Assembly (NCBI GenBank): GCA_963844715.1
Contig: CAWJPJ010000007.1
Span: 128,001 to 192,000, forward strand
Reading direction: 5' to 3'
Source of the DNA: an uncultured Phycisphaerales bacterium
GTDB lineage: Bacteria; Planctomycetota; Phycisphaerae; Tepidisphaerales; Tepidisphaeraceae
DNA length: 64,000 nucleotides
This document shows positions 9,653-20,694 of the stretch, piece after piece. Under the pieces are notes generated by a model, which ran no database searches, was not told the origin of the DNA, and saw only the letters and a list, made by a program, of their open reading frames with translations. A program made the position numbers and the translations under genes. Every line of letters starts with the position of its first letter. Position 1 is the first letter of the stretch.

Positions 9653-11623
9653 CGCACCACCGTTTCCACATCTGGCGATAAGCCGCTTCGATATCGCGCA
9701 AAACTTCTGGCATCGACGAGGGGGGATTCCGCGACGCGCTGGCGTAAGCCTGACCGAAGTTTGGCAAGCTCGTCGCGATTTGAGGCCATTTGAGCGGCGA
9801 GTTGCACGTACTGAGTTCGATCTTGAGCGATCAGTTGCGGCAGGCCGACGTTGGAGAGAAGACTGACGCCGACGCGTCCGGCGTGCGTGGTGCCGGCCAG
9901 GACAATCACGGGGACGGACATCCAAAGAGCCTCGCACGTCGTCGTCGTGCCGTTGTAGGGGAATGGATCGAGGGCGATATCAACCTGATCGTAGAGACGT
10001 AGATGATCCGAGAGCGACGGGATTTTGCCGTGAAGGATCAGGCGGTCTGGTCCGATTCCGTGCGCGGCGAAGCGGGCCAGCATTTGACGGCGCGAGAAAT
10101 CGTCGGAGAGGCCATGGCTTTTTAGCATCAGGCGGCTGCCGGGAACGGCGCGCAAAATCTCCGACCAGGTTTCGACGACCAACGAGTTGATCTTGGGGAG
10201 ATAGTTGAATGAGCCGAAGGTGATCGGGGATCGGGTGTTCGCGGGGGAGGGAGTCGTTTGCGACGGCGTATAGCATACGAAGCATTTTGGAAGCCGGAAT
10301 AATTTTTCACTGTAAAAAGGATCGGCGGTTGTCTGGGGATCGGCGTAAGCGTCGGTGAGGCGCCAGTCGATTGTCGATAATCCCGTGGTGCCGGGATAGC
10401 CGAGGTAGGTCACCTGCGCCGGGGCGGGCTTGCGCAAACGCGAGGAGCCGATTTTCCCCCGTGTGCCCGGCCAGATCGATCAGGATGTCGATCCGGTCTT
10501 GCCGGATGATTTCGGCGGCTCGCTCGTCGGATTCGCCTATGAGGGACCGCCACTCATGGGACGCGTCGCGCAGTCTCTGTGTCATGGCGTCGGGGCGGGG
10601 AACGTCGGCGTAGCAATAAATTTCGACCTGTCCTGGATCGTGATTCGCGAATAGGCCGGTGAGGAAATACGCCACGGAATGCTCGCGGAAATCGGGCGAG
10701 ACGTAGCCTATGCGAAGGCGGCGGTTGGGATCGCGATCATTGGGGTGGGGTTTCGCTTCACGGGCGAGATGGGCTGCGTGGAGGCGGTTCCACTGGGCAT
10801 GTTCCCTGTAAATCGCCGCGGCGTCGTAGTTTGGATGGGCGTGCAGCGAGAGCAGGAGATTGTCGTTGGCCTGCACGAGATCGGGCTTGAGTTTGAGGGC
10901 CTGCCGATAGGCTTCGATGGCCTGGTCCAGCTCATCGCATTCCTTGAGAAGATTTCCCAGGTTGGTGTACGCGCCGGGGAAATCGGGGCGCAACCTCAGA
11001 GCGATTCTGTACTGCTCGATCGCTTGCTCGGTTTGGCCTCGGGACTGAAAGCACAGGCCAAGGTTGTTATGGGGATCGGCGTAGGCGGGATTGAGCGCGA
11101 TCGATTTTTCCAGCGCGTCGATGGCGTTTTGCGTCTGGCCGAGAGAGGCGTAGGTCACGCCGAGAAAATTGTGAGTCTCGGGTCTATCGGTGGCGAGTTG
11201 AAGCGCTTTGTGAAAAGCTTCCAACGCTTGCGGCAGCTCTCCCCGATGGCGCAATTGCTCGCCGGTCTCCTCGAAAAGAGTGACGAGATTGAATCTGGCG
11301 TCGCGATGATCGGGCTTGAGTTTCAGCGCGGAGGAAAGCGCCTCCTGTGCCGCGGCCGCATCTCCGGATTGCGCCAGGGCGATGCCCAGATTGGAAAGGA
11401 TGTCGGCGGATTTGGCGCGATGCGCCGCCGCCTGGCGGAGGAGCGGCAGCGCTTCGCTCGTCCGCCCCGTTTGCGAAAGCAGGACGCCCAGGAGATGCAG
11501 GGCGTCGACCTGATTGGGAATCCGCGCCAGGACTGATCGATACCCCGATTCCGCTTCGGGCAGACGGCCGGATTGATGAAGCCGCACGGATTGCCCGAGG
11601 ATTTGCTCGATGGGCTGGGTCAT
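9645..11623 (-). CDS. TPR + GT41 O-GlcNAc transferase/SPINDLY-like protein (indels near 10437 and 9695)
   Basis: TPR repeats, then YVSPDFREHSV, IDLAGHT, FGSFN..K and LDPFPYNGTTTTCEALWM. The corrected C-terminus IEAAYRQMWKRWCAS ends at TGA 9645. Confidence 0.85.
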
Positions 11624-13694
11624 GAGGGTTTTGTGCACCACTGACGCCACATCTGGCGATAGGCGGCCTCGACGTTTCGCGCGAATTTGCGGCTGTCCAT
11701 CAGCGGCGACTGCTGCATTCTTTGGCGAAGCGATGCGCGAAATTCGTCAGCCGCGGCAGATCACTGGCCAATCCAGTTGCGATCTCGACAAACTGTGAAT
11801 CGTCCCGCGCGATCAGATCGACCAGGCCGAGATTCGTCAGTTGGCTGAGCCCCGTGCGCCCGACCACGGTTTTTCCGACCAGCGTTACGACCGGGACGCC
11901 CATCCATAACGAATCGAGGCTCGTCATGTGCCCATTGTACGGGACGGTGTCGAGCATGATGTCGAATTGGTTATACGTCTGGAGATACTCCAGCCGCGGC
12001 TGACGATCGAGGAATTGGATGCGTTGCGGATCGATGCGGAGGCGATCGATCGCCCACCGGCGCGGGGAACCCGCCGGAAGACGCAGAATCAGCCGCGAAG
12101 TCGGCACTGCGTGGAGAACCCTTGACCAGAGCGAAAAAACGCCGTCGTTCAATTTGCAGACGTTGTTCAAACACCCGAATGTCACGAGCCCATTCCGCGA
12201 AGCCGACGGTGCTTGCACCGGCGGACCCTCGCTCAGCGGATCGTAACACCAAAAACTGTCCGGCAGACGCACAGATCGCTCGCTGTAGAGCGCATCATTC
12301 TGTCCTGGCGGATCAAGGTGCGGGTCGGTGATTCGATAGTCGATGGTCCCCAGCCCGGTCGTGCACGGCGACGCGATCCACGCGACTTGCACGGGCGCCG
12401 GCTTTCGCGCGAACATCGGCAGCCGGTTGTCCCCCGTGTGCATGGAAAGATCGACGAGCAGATCGATCTTGTCGGCGTAAATCCGCTCGGCCAGCGCTTC
12501 GTTCGACTCAGTGATGCAATCGATCCAATGATCGGCGCAGGGGCGAAGCCGTTCGGTTACGGCATCCGGTTTCTTCACGCTGGAATAGCAGTAGATTTCC
12601 AAAGTCGAATGATCGTGATGCTCGAGAAGCGGGACTAGGCAAAAGGCGGTGGCATGCTGACGAAAATCGGGCGAAACATAGCCGAGTTTGATGCGACGGT
12701 TGGGGTCGCGATCGTTGGAGTGCCGCGGAATGAATGGCCGCAGCGGCTGCCCGTGACGGATGTCCCATTGGCGGTGGGCATCAAGGATTTCCTCGATTCC
12801 GGCGGCGGGGTCGTACCATAACGTGAACGCCAAATTGCTCGATGCGTTGGAATTCTCAGGATTGATCTTGATCGCGCGCCGAAACGAAGCGACGGCGTCG
12901 GAGACCCTTCCGAAATTTTTGAGCGCGATTCCAAGCGAGGTTTCGACCACATCGGGCGCTTCGGTGTGATTGGCCAGCGCTCGCCGATAAAAATCGATCG
13001 CCTCTTCCAGGCTCCCGCGTGATTCGAGCGCGCGGCGAGGCCGACCATGGCCTGGGCGTAGTCGGGCTTCAGATCGATCGCCTTTCGAAACGCGTCGATC
13101 GCGGGGTCGAGTTGATCGGCGTCCTTGAGGGCATTGGCGAGGTTGTTGTACGCCCCCGCAAAATTCGGCCGCAGGCGGATGGCGGTTTGGAATTGCTCGA
13201 TTGCCGCCGCGCCTTCAAGGCATAGGCCCAGGTTATTGTGCGCATCGGCATAGTCGGGTTTCAGAGAAATGGATTTTTCGAAGCAGCGGGTTGCGTTTTG
13301 TTTCTCGCCCAGCGCAGGCGTAAGCGACTCCGAGCAGGGTGTGAATTTCCGGGCGGGACGGGTCGAGCTCCGCGGCTTCCTTGAAAGCGGCCAGCGCATC
13401 GGCAGCTTTTCCCTGCCGGCGAAATTGTTCTCCCGCTTGCACCAGAAAGTTGAGCAAATTGCCGCGGACGTCCGCCGAATCGGGTTGGAGCAGCCGGGCC
13501 TGGCGAAGCAAGGGAAGAGCTTCGCGGACGCGGGAGGTTTGCCAGAACAAAACACCCAGGAGATGAACGGCGTCGGGCTGATTTGGGTTTTGGGCGAGGA
13601 TCGATCGATAGATCGGCTCGGCTTCAGCGAGACGGCCGGATTGATGCAATTGCAGGGCCTGCTGCAACGTGGATTGGATCGCGTCGGGAGGCAT
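11620..13694 (-). CDS. TPR + GT41 O-GlcNAc transferase/SPINDLY-like protein (several indels)
   Basis: MPPDAIQSTLQQALQLHQSGRL start, TPRs, YVSPDFRQH, FGCLNNVCK and LDTVPYNGHMTSLDSLWMG. Its stop overlaps the ATG of the next paralog. Confidence 0.8.
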
Positions 13695-13796
13695 CGGTTT
13701 GACGAATGAATCATAGTGGAAGGGGCGGAAAATGTCCGGCACTTGCGACCACCCGGTTTTGGCTTGGAGAACGATTCCCAATAGGATACTGGGCGA

Positions 13797-15696
13797 ATGT
13801 GCGGATTTGCAGGAGTCGTAACGTGGGATGATCGGTTTCGGATGTCGAGGCAGACGCTTGCCCGCATGGGGGAGGCCGTCGCCCACCGCGGCCCGGACGG
13901 GCAGGACCTCTGGATCAATCACGAAGGGATGCCCACGCAGGACCGCCCGCAATGCGCGCTGGCGTTTCGGCGGCTGGCCATTCTGGATCCGGACCCGCGC
14001 TCGATGCAGCCGATGACCGACGGCCGCCGCTGGCTCGTCTTCAACGGGGAAATCTATAACTTCAGGGAGTTGCGAAACCGCCTGGACGGGATCGAAGCGT
14101 ACCCGTGGAAAACCGCGGGCGATGCGGAAACGCTCTTGCGCGCCTATGCGCTGCATGGGGAAAAATGCCTGGAATTGCTGAACGGCATGTTCGCGTTTGT
14201 GGTCTGGGACGAGGTGGACGGGACGCTTTTTATGGCGCGGGACCGGATGGGGCAAAAGCCGCTTTATTTCACGTTCGCGCCGGGGCGGCGGGCCGTGGCG
14301 TTTGCCAGCGAGCTGTCGGCGCTGCGGGTTCTGAACTGGCCCGATTTTTCGATCGATTCGACGGCGCTTTCCCAATATTTTCGCCTCGGTTACATCCCCG
14401 CGCCGGCGACGATTTACCAGGGCGTCGCCAAACTTCCGGCCGGAAATTGTCTGATGAGCCCGACGGCGAAGGTGCCGGCGGCGCGGGTTTATTTCGATCC
14501 CAACGGCGACAACGAAGCGGGCGACCCGACTTTGCTCCAGCCGCCAAGCGTCGGCGCAGTGCGCGACGGCGTTATCGCGGCGGTGCGCCGGCAGATGATT
14601 TCGGATGTGCCGATCGGTTGTTGGCTCTCGGGCGGGATGGACAGCAGCATCATCGCGGCGACCATGAAAAAGGCCTTGGACCCGGGGCAAAAGCTCAAGA
14701 CCTTTACCATCGGGTTCGACGATCCGCGCTACGACGAAACGAAATTTGCCGCCGAAGTCGCCAGGCATTTGGGGACGGAACATCTGGAATTCACGGTTCG
14801 TCCGGAATTGGCCGAGGATTTGCCGAAGTTGGCGGCCGCTTTCGGCGAACCGTTCGCCGATTCGTCGGCGCTTCCGACTCATTATCTTGCGAGGCAGACC
14901 GCCCAGCATGTGAAGGTTGTGCTCGGGGGCGACGGCGGGGACGAATTGTTCGGGGGATACGATCGGTATCGAGCCATTCGATATGAAATGCCCGTTCTGA
15001 TTCGTCCGCTTCTGCGCGGCCTGGCTTCCGTGGCGCCCGGGCGGCATCCGAAGTCCTTCGGGGCGCGCTTCAAGCGGTTTGCCGCCGTGATGAACATGCC
15101 GCCGCATCGGCGTTATGCGGAGTATCTGGGACTGTTCGAATTAAACATCGTCGCCTGGCTGCAAGACCCGTCGCACAACTTCGGGGTGCGCAGACCTGAT
15201 CGCGGAAACTTACCAAAGGCTTCTCGATCCCCGGGACGTGGTGCAAGCCGCTGTGGCGACGGATCGTCTGACTTATCTTCCTGAGGATTTGCTCACTAAG
15301 GTTGATCGCGCGTCGATGATGCACGGATTGGAAGTGCGCAGCCCATTCATGGATCATCAGTTGGTCCATCTGGCGGCGGGGATGCTCGGGGGGCAACTCG
15401 TTCGCGGCGGGCGCAAGCAAATGCTGCGGAAGGCGTTTGCAGGGGACCTGCCGGCGACAGTTTTCAAACGGCGTAAGATGGGGTTCGCGTTGCCGCTGGG
15501 GGATTGGCTTCGCCATTCGCTGCGTCCGATGATGACCGATTTGCTCACTTCCAAAGATTCATTCGCGGTAAACAATTTGAACGTACCGTACGTGACTCAA
15601 TTGATGGAAGAGCACCAGCGAGGCGATACCGACCGGTCGCAGCGGTTGTATAGCCTGATGATGCTGGAAGCATGGTGGCGGCAGCAAAGGCGGTAA
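13797..15696 (+). CDS. asnB: Asparagine synthase (glutamine-hydrolysing) family amidotransferase (indel near 15190)
   Basis: N-terminal MCG, HRGPD, FNGEIYNF, LSGGMDSS and GDGGDELFGGY. The second frame carries LLTKVDRASM..GLEVRSPF and KMGF. Confidence 0.9.
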
Positions 15697-15766
15697 ATTC
15701 CGCCACCGCGACCGAGCGATCGTGCCGGACGGGCCAGAAATGCGGTTGGGTGGGACAAGATTTCAC

Positions 15767-15795
15767 TTGGCGGGCTGCTCAACCGATGTTATAGT
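15767..15795 (+). promoter_or_regulatory. Sigma70-type promoter for rpoN
   Basis: TTGGCG-N17-TATAGT with an extended TG. Confidence 0.5.
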
Positions 15796-15854
15796 TTGGC
15801 GGTAGCAAAATTCGTACCATAATTTTGGCGTTTAGTTATAAGTAGATATCCATT

Positions 15855-17381
15855 ATGCAGTTAACGCAATCAACTTCGATGCGTCAGGAGATGCGCCAAC
15901 TCCTGACCCCCCGCATGATCCAGAGTATGGAGATCCTTCAGCTTCCACTGATGGCTTTGGAGGAGCGGATCGACCAGGAAATGGAAAATAACCCGGTTTT
16001 GGAGGTCCGCGACGGGGATCAGGACGCCCCCGACACCAGCGAGCCAATGCCGGTACTTGAGGACCATACCGGGCGGCAGGAAGACCGGTCGGAAGACGAG
16101 CGGGCCCTGGTGGTGAAGGAGAATTCCGGCCAGTCCGAGGATTTCGACCGCCTGACCAAAATCAGCGAGTATTTGGAAAACGAGGAGTTTTCGACCAACG
16201 ACAGCCATTACCGCCCTGCCGCCTATGACGGAGAGCGCGACAAGAAGATGGACGCGATGAACAATACCGCGGCCCGGGGGGTGACGCTGACGGAATATTT
16301 GATGTCGCAATGGGCGTTCGTCGAGTGTCCCCCACAGATTCGCAAGGCGGGCGAGGCGATCATCAACAACATCGACGCCGAGGGGTATCTGCGGGTCAAG
16401 CTGGAGGATGTGCAGAAGGATTCCAAGATTCCGCTTTCAATCAATGATTTGCAGGAGGCGCTGCGGTTGGTTCAGACAATGGAGCCGACCGGCGTTGGGG
16501 CGCGCAGTCTTCAGGAGTGCCTGCTGTTGCAATTGACGGCGATTGAGGAAGACCCCGACCAGGCCGAGGGACATGATTTCGTCCTCGAGCGGTCGCTGAT
16601 CACGGAGCATCTGAAAGACCTGGAGATGAACCGGTATCCGCAGATCAGCCGCAAGCTGGGGAAACCGATCGACGAGATTCAGAGAGCCGTGCGCAGATTC
16701 GCGCGCCTTAATCCCCACCCCGGCAAGCAGATCGGCGGGGATGACTCGCCGCTGATCATTCCCGACGCAGTCGTCTATTACGACGAAGATACGGACACCT
16801 ATAAAATCGACATGACTCACGATCCGGCGCCGAATCTGTACATCAGCGGAATGTACAGAAAAATGCTCAAGGATCGGACGCAGGACAAGAAGACCCGCGA
16901 GTTCCTCTCCAACAACGTCCGCAACGCCCGCTGGCTGATCGAAAGCATCGAGCAGCGGCGAAGCACGATCATGCGGGTCATCCGCGCGGTTGTGGATGCG
17001 CAGCGCGATTTCTTCGACAAAGGCCCGGAATTTTTGAGACCGCTTCCGATGATTCAGGTGGCGGATCAGCTCGGCATTCACGTCGCCACGGTGTCGCGGG
17101 CGGTTTCGGAGAAATGGATTCAAACCCCGCGCGGCGTCTTCCCGCTGCGGCGATTCTTCTCCGGCGGCACAACCAGCTCCGAAGGCCAGGACATGAGTTG
17201 GGACGCCGTTAAGGAAAAATTGAAAACCATCATCGGCGACGAAGACCAGCACAATCCTCTGAACGACGATGAGATCGTCGAAAAGCTTAAAGTGATGGGC
17301 ATCGATCTGGCCCGCCGCACCGTCGCCAAATATCGAAAAATTCTCAACATCGCCACCGCCCGGCAGCGGCGCACGTTCTGA
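15855..17381 (+). CDS. rpoN: RNA polymerase sigma-54 factor
   Basis: Q-rich region I, EPTGVGARSLQECL, HVATVSRA HTH and the RpoN box ARRTVAKYR. Confidence 0.97.
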   Translation: MQLTQSTSMRQEMRQLLTPRMIQSMEILQLPLMALEERIDQEMENNPVLEVRDGDQDAPDTSEPMPVLEDHTGRQEDRSEDERALVVKENSGQSEDFDRLTKISEYLENEEFSTNDSHYRPAAYDGERDKKMDAMNNTAARGVTLTEYLMSQWAFVECPPQIRKAGEAIINNIDAEGYLRVKLEDVQKDSKIPLSINDLQEALRLVQTMEPTGVGARSLQECLLLQLTAIEEDPDQAEGHDFVLERSLITEHLKDLEMNRYPQISRKLGKPIDEIQRAVRRFARLNPHPGKQIGGDDSPLIIPDAVVYYDEDTDTYKIDMTHDPAPNLYISGMYRKMLKDRTQDKKTREFLSNNVRNARWLIESIEQRRSTIMRVIRAVVDAQRDFFDKGPEFLRPLPMIQVADQLGIHVATVSRAVSEKWIQTPRGVFPLRRFFSGGTTSSEGQDMSWDAVKEKLKTIIGDEDQHNPLNDDEIVEKLKVMGIDLARRTVAKYRKILNIATARQRRTF

Positions 17382-17485
17382 GCCAATTCAGGGCGCTTCC
17401 TGATCATCATCGGGTTTTAAACTCCAAGATCGCTCCCCCCATTGGAAGGGGACGAGCGTAACGAAAATAAAGATCGAACATCCAG

Positions 17486-19257
17486 CTAGGGTTTCGTCGG
17501 CAACCGGTAGTTGATGACAATCAACTGCGAGCCGCCGGCCGGGATGGAGTCGTCGCGGAAGATTTGGATTTGCCCCTTATAAAGCGTGTGGGCAAGCGTG
17601 GGGGGATCGAGGGAAATGAGAGTGGCATTCGGGGGAAGTCGAATCAGATCGATTCGGTGAACGGGCACTTCCATGCCGCGGTGAGGGTTAAATTCGTATG
17701 CGAATGAGCCATCGGGGAGGTTTCGGACGATGCCAGTGATGGTTCCAATGGCAAGCTCTCTGCCGACGTCGCCGGGCCCGATCGGTTCGTTAAGCGTGCA
17801 GTTATATGTGACGTGCCTTCCACTGGGCGTGGGGGTGAACCGGATCGGCCGGTTTCGGTCATCGTAGATTTTCTGGAAGTGGACCATCTCGTCGTCCAGG
17901 AATGAAAACTGCGTGATCGGATGGGCGCCATCGTTGGCGTTCTGAAGCACGGCCCAGAACCGCAAAACGCCGTCCGGCTGAATGTCGCCGATGAAAATCT
18001 GTGTGAGTTCGACCGGCTCGACCGTGATATTTTCAGAAACAGACGCGAGGGTTTTGCCGGCGGCGTCGCTCGCAGCGAGCGTGATCAAATAATCGCCCGG
18101 AGAAGTCAGGTAGGCGTCGAGCGGCTGTGAAACCGCAGGCGCCGGAAGGTGCAAAGTCGTGGCTGCGCTTGACGCGTCCTGTGGGGCGATGGAGATTGAA
18201 TAGCCGGCAAGTTTGGCGGCCCACGACGGGTCGGGCTGCCACCGCGCTTCAGGATACTCCTCGGCGAGGCAGGTTATCGAAGCTGTGGGCTCCTGGCTTA
18301 TTGACAGCTTTAAATCGATGGGGATCCGCAGGCGACAATTAACGAGTTCGAGAAACGGGCTGTCGTATGCGCTGGGAACGGCATCCTCGGCAGGCGCGGC
18401 TTCGCCGGCGCGGGAGGCTGGACCTGAGCGGCCGCGGGGAGGGGTGCGGCCGATCCGTCCGCCAAAGCGCGATTGATAGCCAAAGCGCCCCCGCCCAGAG
18501 CGGCGGCCACAACGGCGACAGCCGCGATAGCGGAGGCGGTCTTGATCTGAGTCCAGAGCATCAGGTGAATCGCTCCTTTGGCCAGCGAGATGTGCGAGGC
18601 AGAGGCGCTTCCTGATGCGCTCAGCGAAGAATTAACCAGCGCTGCGGGGGCGGCTTTGGCGGATTCCTGGGTCAGGGCTGCGGCGAGAACCGCCGCCGAG
18701 AGAGTTACGCCGCGGCGCTGGAAGATATTTCGCAATTTGATCAGGGACCGCGAGACGATTTTTTGGGCGGCGTCGACGGACACGCCAAGCGCCTGCGCGA
18801 CATCCTCCATCGGTTTGTCCTGAAGAAAGCGCAGCGCCAGGGCGGTCGATCTGCGCTGGCGAAGATGAGAGAGGGCTTCGTCCAGGCAGTCGGAAACCTC
18901 GCCATGAGATTCTTCCCGCCCTTCGTCAGACTTTTGAGAGAGCATGGCGGCCTCCTTCTCGTAGCGCAGGCGCCGGGTCTGTTTCTTGATCGCATCCAAA
19001 ACGCAGTAGCGGGTAGCGCGAAGAAGCCACGCGGCAAGGCGGTCAGCGCGAGCCGACGAGGCGCGGCGGGATAGAACGATGAAGACGGCCTGGGCAACGT
19101 CGTCGGCAAGGTGAGAGTCCCGTACTTGCCGTAGTGCGGCGGCGTAGACCAGGTTCGAATAGCGGGAGACGATTTCCGAAAACGCGGTTTGCGACCCATC
19201 GCGCACGTATCGAGCAAGCAACTCAGCGTCGGAAATTCGCGGAGAGGCGATGTTCAT
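17486..19257 (-). CDS. ECF sigma-70 factor with long C-terminal extension (one indel near 18415)
   Basis: SDAELLARY, A.DV.QAVF, L.AWL, region 4 HTH and a TM segment. The alternative frame from about 18410 runs without a stop into ORF 17486..18154. Confidence 0.8.
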
Positions 19258-19354
19258 GGGCGGAAACTCCCGTCTTTCATGATTATCATGGACGGGAGAA
19301 GAAGATTTCCGCCAAAAATCGGCAAAAACTGGTTTTGCTAATCGGGGTGATTCT

Positions 19355-19846
19355 TCAGCTTTCCTGCACTTGCTCGGGTTCCAGGGTCTTGAGCTTGGTC
19401 AGGAAGCCCTTGAGGGTGTCGTTGGACGTCCGGCTGGTGAGTTCGACGATCTGGTCGTCGCTCAACCCGCGCAAACGCATGAGAATCAGGGACGTTTCCC
19501 AGGCGGATTCCGGCTTGAGCTCGATCGGCTGCATAACCTGCGGGTCGCGGTTGGTCTTGAAATCCTGCTCCTGCTGGTTGTGGAAATATTCCCGAGCCCA
19601 TTCGAGGAGTTGGCTGACGACGAACTCGTCTTGGCTCGCAAAATCGAGCAGTTCGATCAGTTGCCCGCCGGCGTTGAAATTGAGCTTCATGCTCTTGATC
19701 AATTCATAGGAATGGGTGGGGAAATTCCGCATGAAGACAAAGGCTTCACCGGCGCCGACGAAGCGGTCGCGGTGAGCCGTCATCATGACGACCGGCTGGC
19801 CGCGCTGATAGAAATAGCTTCCCTGATAGCAGCGAATAAGCGACAT
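19355..19846 (-). CDS. Hypothetical protein
   Basis: 163-aa ORF with GAGGAG SD and genome-typical codons. Confidence 0.7.
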   Translation of the reverse strand: MSLIRCYQGSYFYQRGQPVVMMTAHRDRFVGAGEAFVFMRNFPTHSYELIKSMKLNFNAGGQLIELLDFASQDEFVVSQLLEWAREYFHNQQEQDFKTNRDPQVMQPIELKPESAWETSLILMRLRGLSDDQIVELTSRTSNDTLKGFLTKLKTLEPEQVQES

Positions 19847-20094
19847 CGCCCGATCTCCTCAAACAACAGAATGTCGAAAGTATCCCCGCTTTGACTATAC
19901 CCCAGGAATCGCGCGAGGCGGCGAAATCCGCAAAGGCGTCGGCCGATTCGGGCCGGACCAGTGTGAAGATGGGTGGGTTGTTTCAAGTGGGCCTAAAAAT
20001 CGGCTGGGAACGGCGTTTTTTTATTCGGTCCACGCGGCCTGTCTGGTTACAATCCCCGCCGAAGTCAGGGGGAAGGGCAAAAAACGAGGAGCCT

Positions 20095-20400
20095 ATGTTT
20101 CAATCCAAATTTCGCCGGCTGCTGACGGTCCCGGGCGCGATTTTCCTGGCGGTGGGAGTTATCGGATGCGGGTCGAAGGTGTCGGGGAAATACATGGCCG
20201 CCGGCGGGATGATGACGGTCGATTTGGAAAGCGGCCAGGCGACGGTCACCTCGCCGGTCTCGCAACCGGAAACCGATCCTTTTACCGTCAGCGGTAATAC
20301 CGTGACAATCAAAACCAAGGACGGGGACATGCAACTGACGATCATGCAGGACGGATCGCTTCAGGGACAGGGAGTCACGCTGACCAAAGCGGCGAACTAG
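20095..20400 (+). CDS. Small putative lipoprotein
   Basis: GAGGAG SD and ATG at 20095. Signal peptide ends in the lipobox-like VIGC. Confidence 0.7.
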   Translation: MFQSKFRRLLTVPGAIFLAVGVIGCGSKVSGKYMAAGGMMTVDLESGQATVTSPVSQPETDPFTVSGNTVTIKTKDGDMQLTIMQDGSLQGQGVTLTKAAN

Positions 20401-20406
20401 GGCCGA

Positions 20407-20583
20407 CTACTCCTTCATCGTAACGGCTTGGGTCGGACAATTGTCCTGGCAGGCGTTGCAGTCGATGCAGTTATCTTCCTTGACGACGGCGACCTTCTCC
20501 TCAACCTTGATCGCGTCCGAGGGGCAGTTGTCCTGACAGGTGCCACATCCGTCACACTTGCTTGCATCCACAATCGCAGGCAT
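20407..20583 (-). CDS. 2[4Fe-4S] dicluster ferredoxin, 58 aa (absent from the ORF track)
   Basis: Manual translation: MPAIVDASKCDGCGTCQDNCPSDAIKVEEKVAVVKEDNCIDCNACQDNCPTQAVTMKE. Two CxxCxxCxxxCP motifs and an AAGGAG SD. Confidence 0.92.
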   Translation of the reverse strand: MPAIVDASKCDGCGTCQDNCPSDAIKVEEKVAVVKEDNCIDCNACQDNCPTQAVTMKE

Positions 20584-20694
20584 GTTGCGTACTCCTTAGC
20601 GAGATGTCTTCCAAAACTCTACGATTGGCGGGATGGATTTTCAGTCGGCAAAAACCCCTGTTTGCGTGTCGGGGAGAGTGGGCGAAGTCGGGAT

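Noticed and set aside
13233..15107. Long antisense ORFs (also 24042..25403, 32574..33929 and 48950..50491)
   Set aside because: These are shadow or alternative frames of well-supported genes in high-GC DNA. Only the last part of 13233..15107 is the real GT41 N-terminus.
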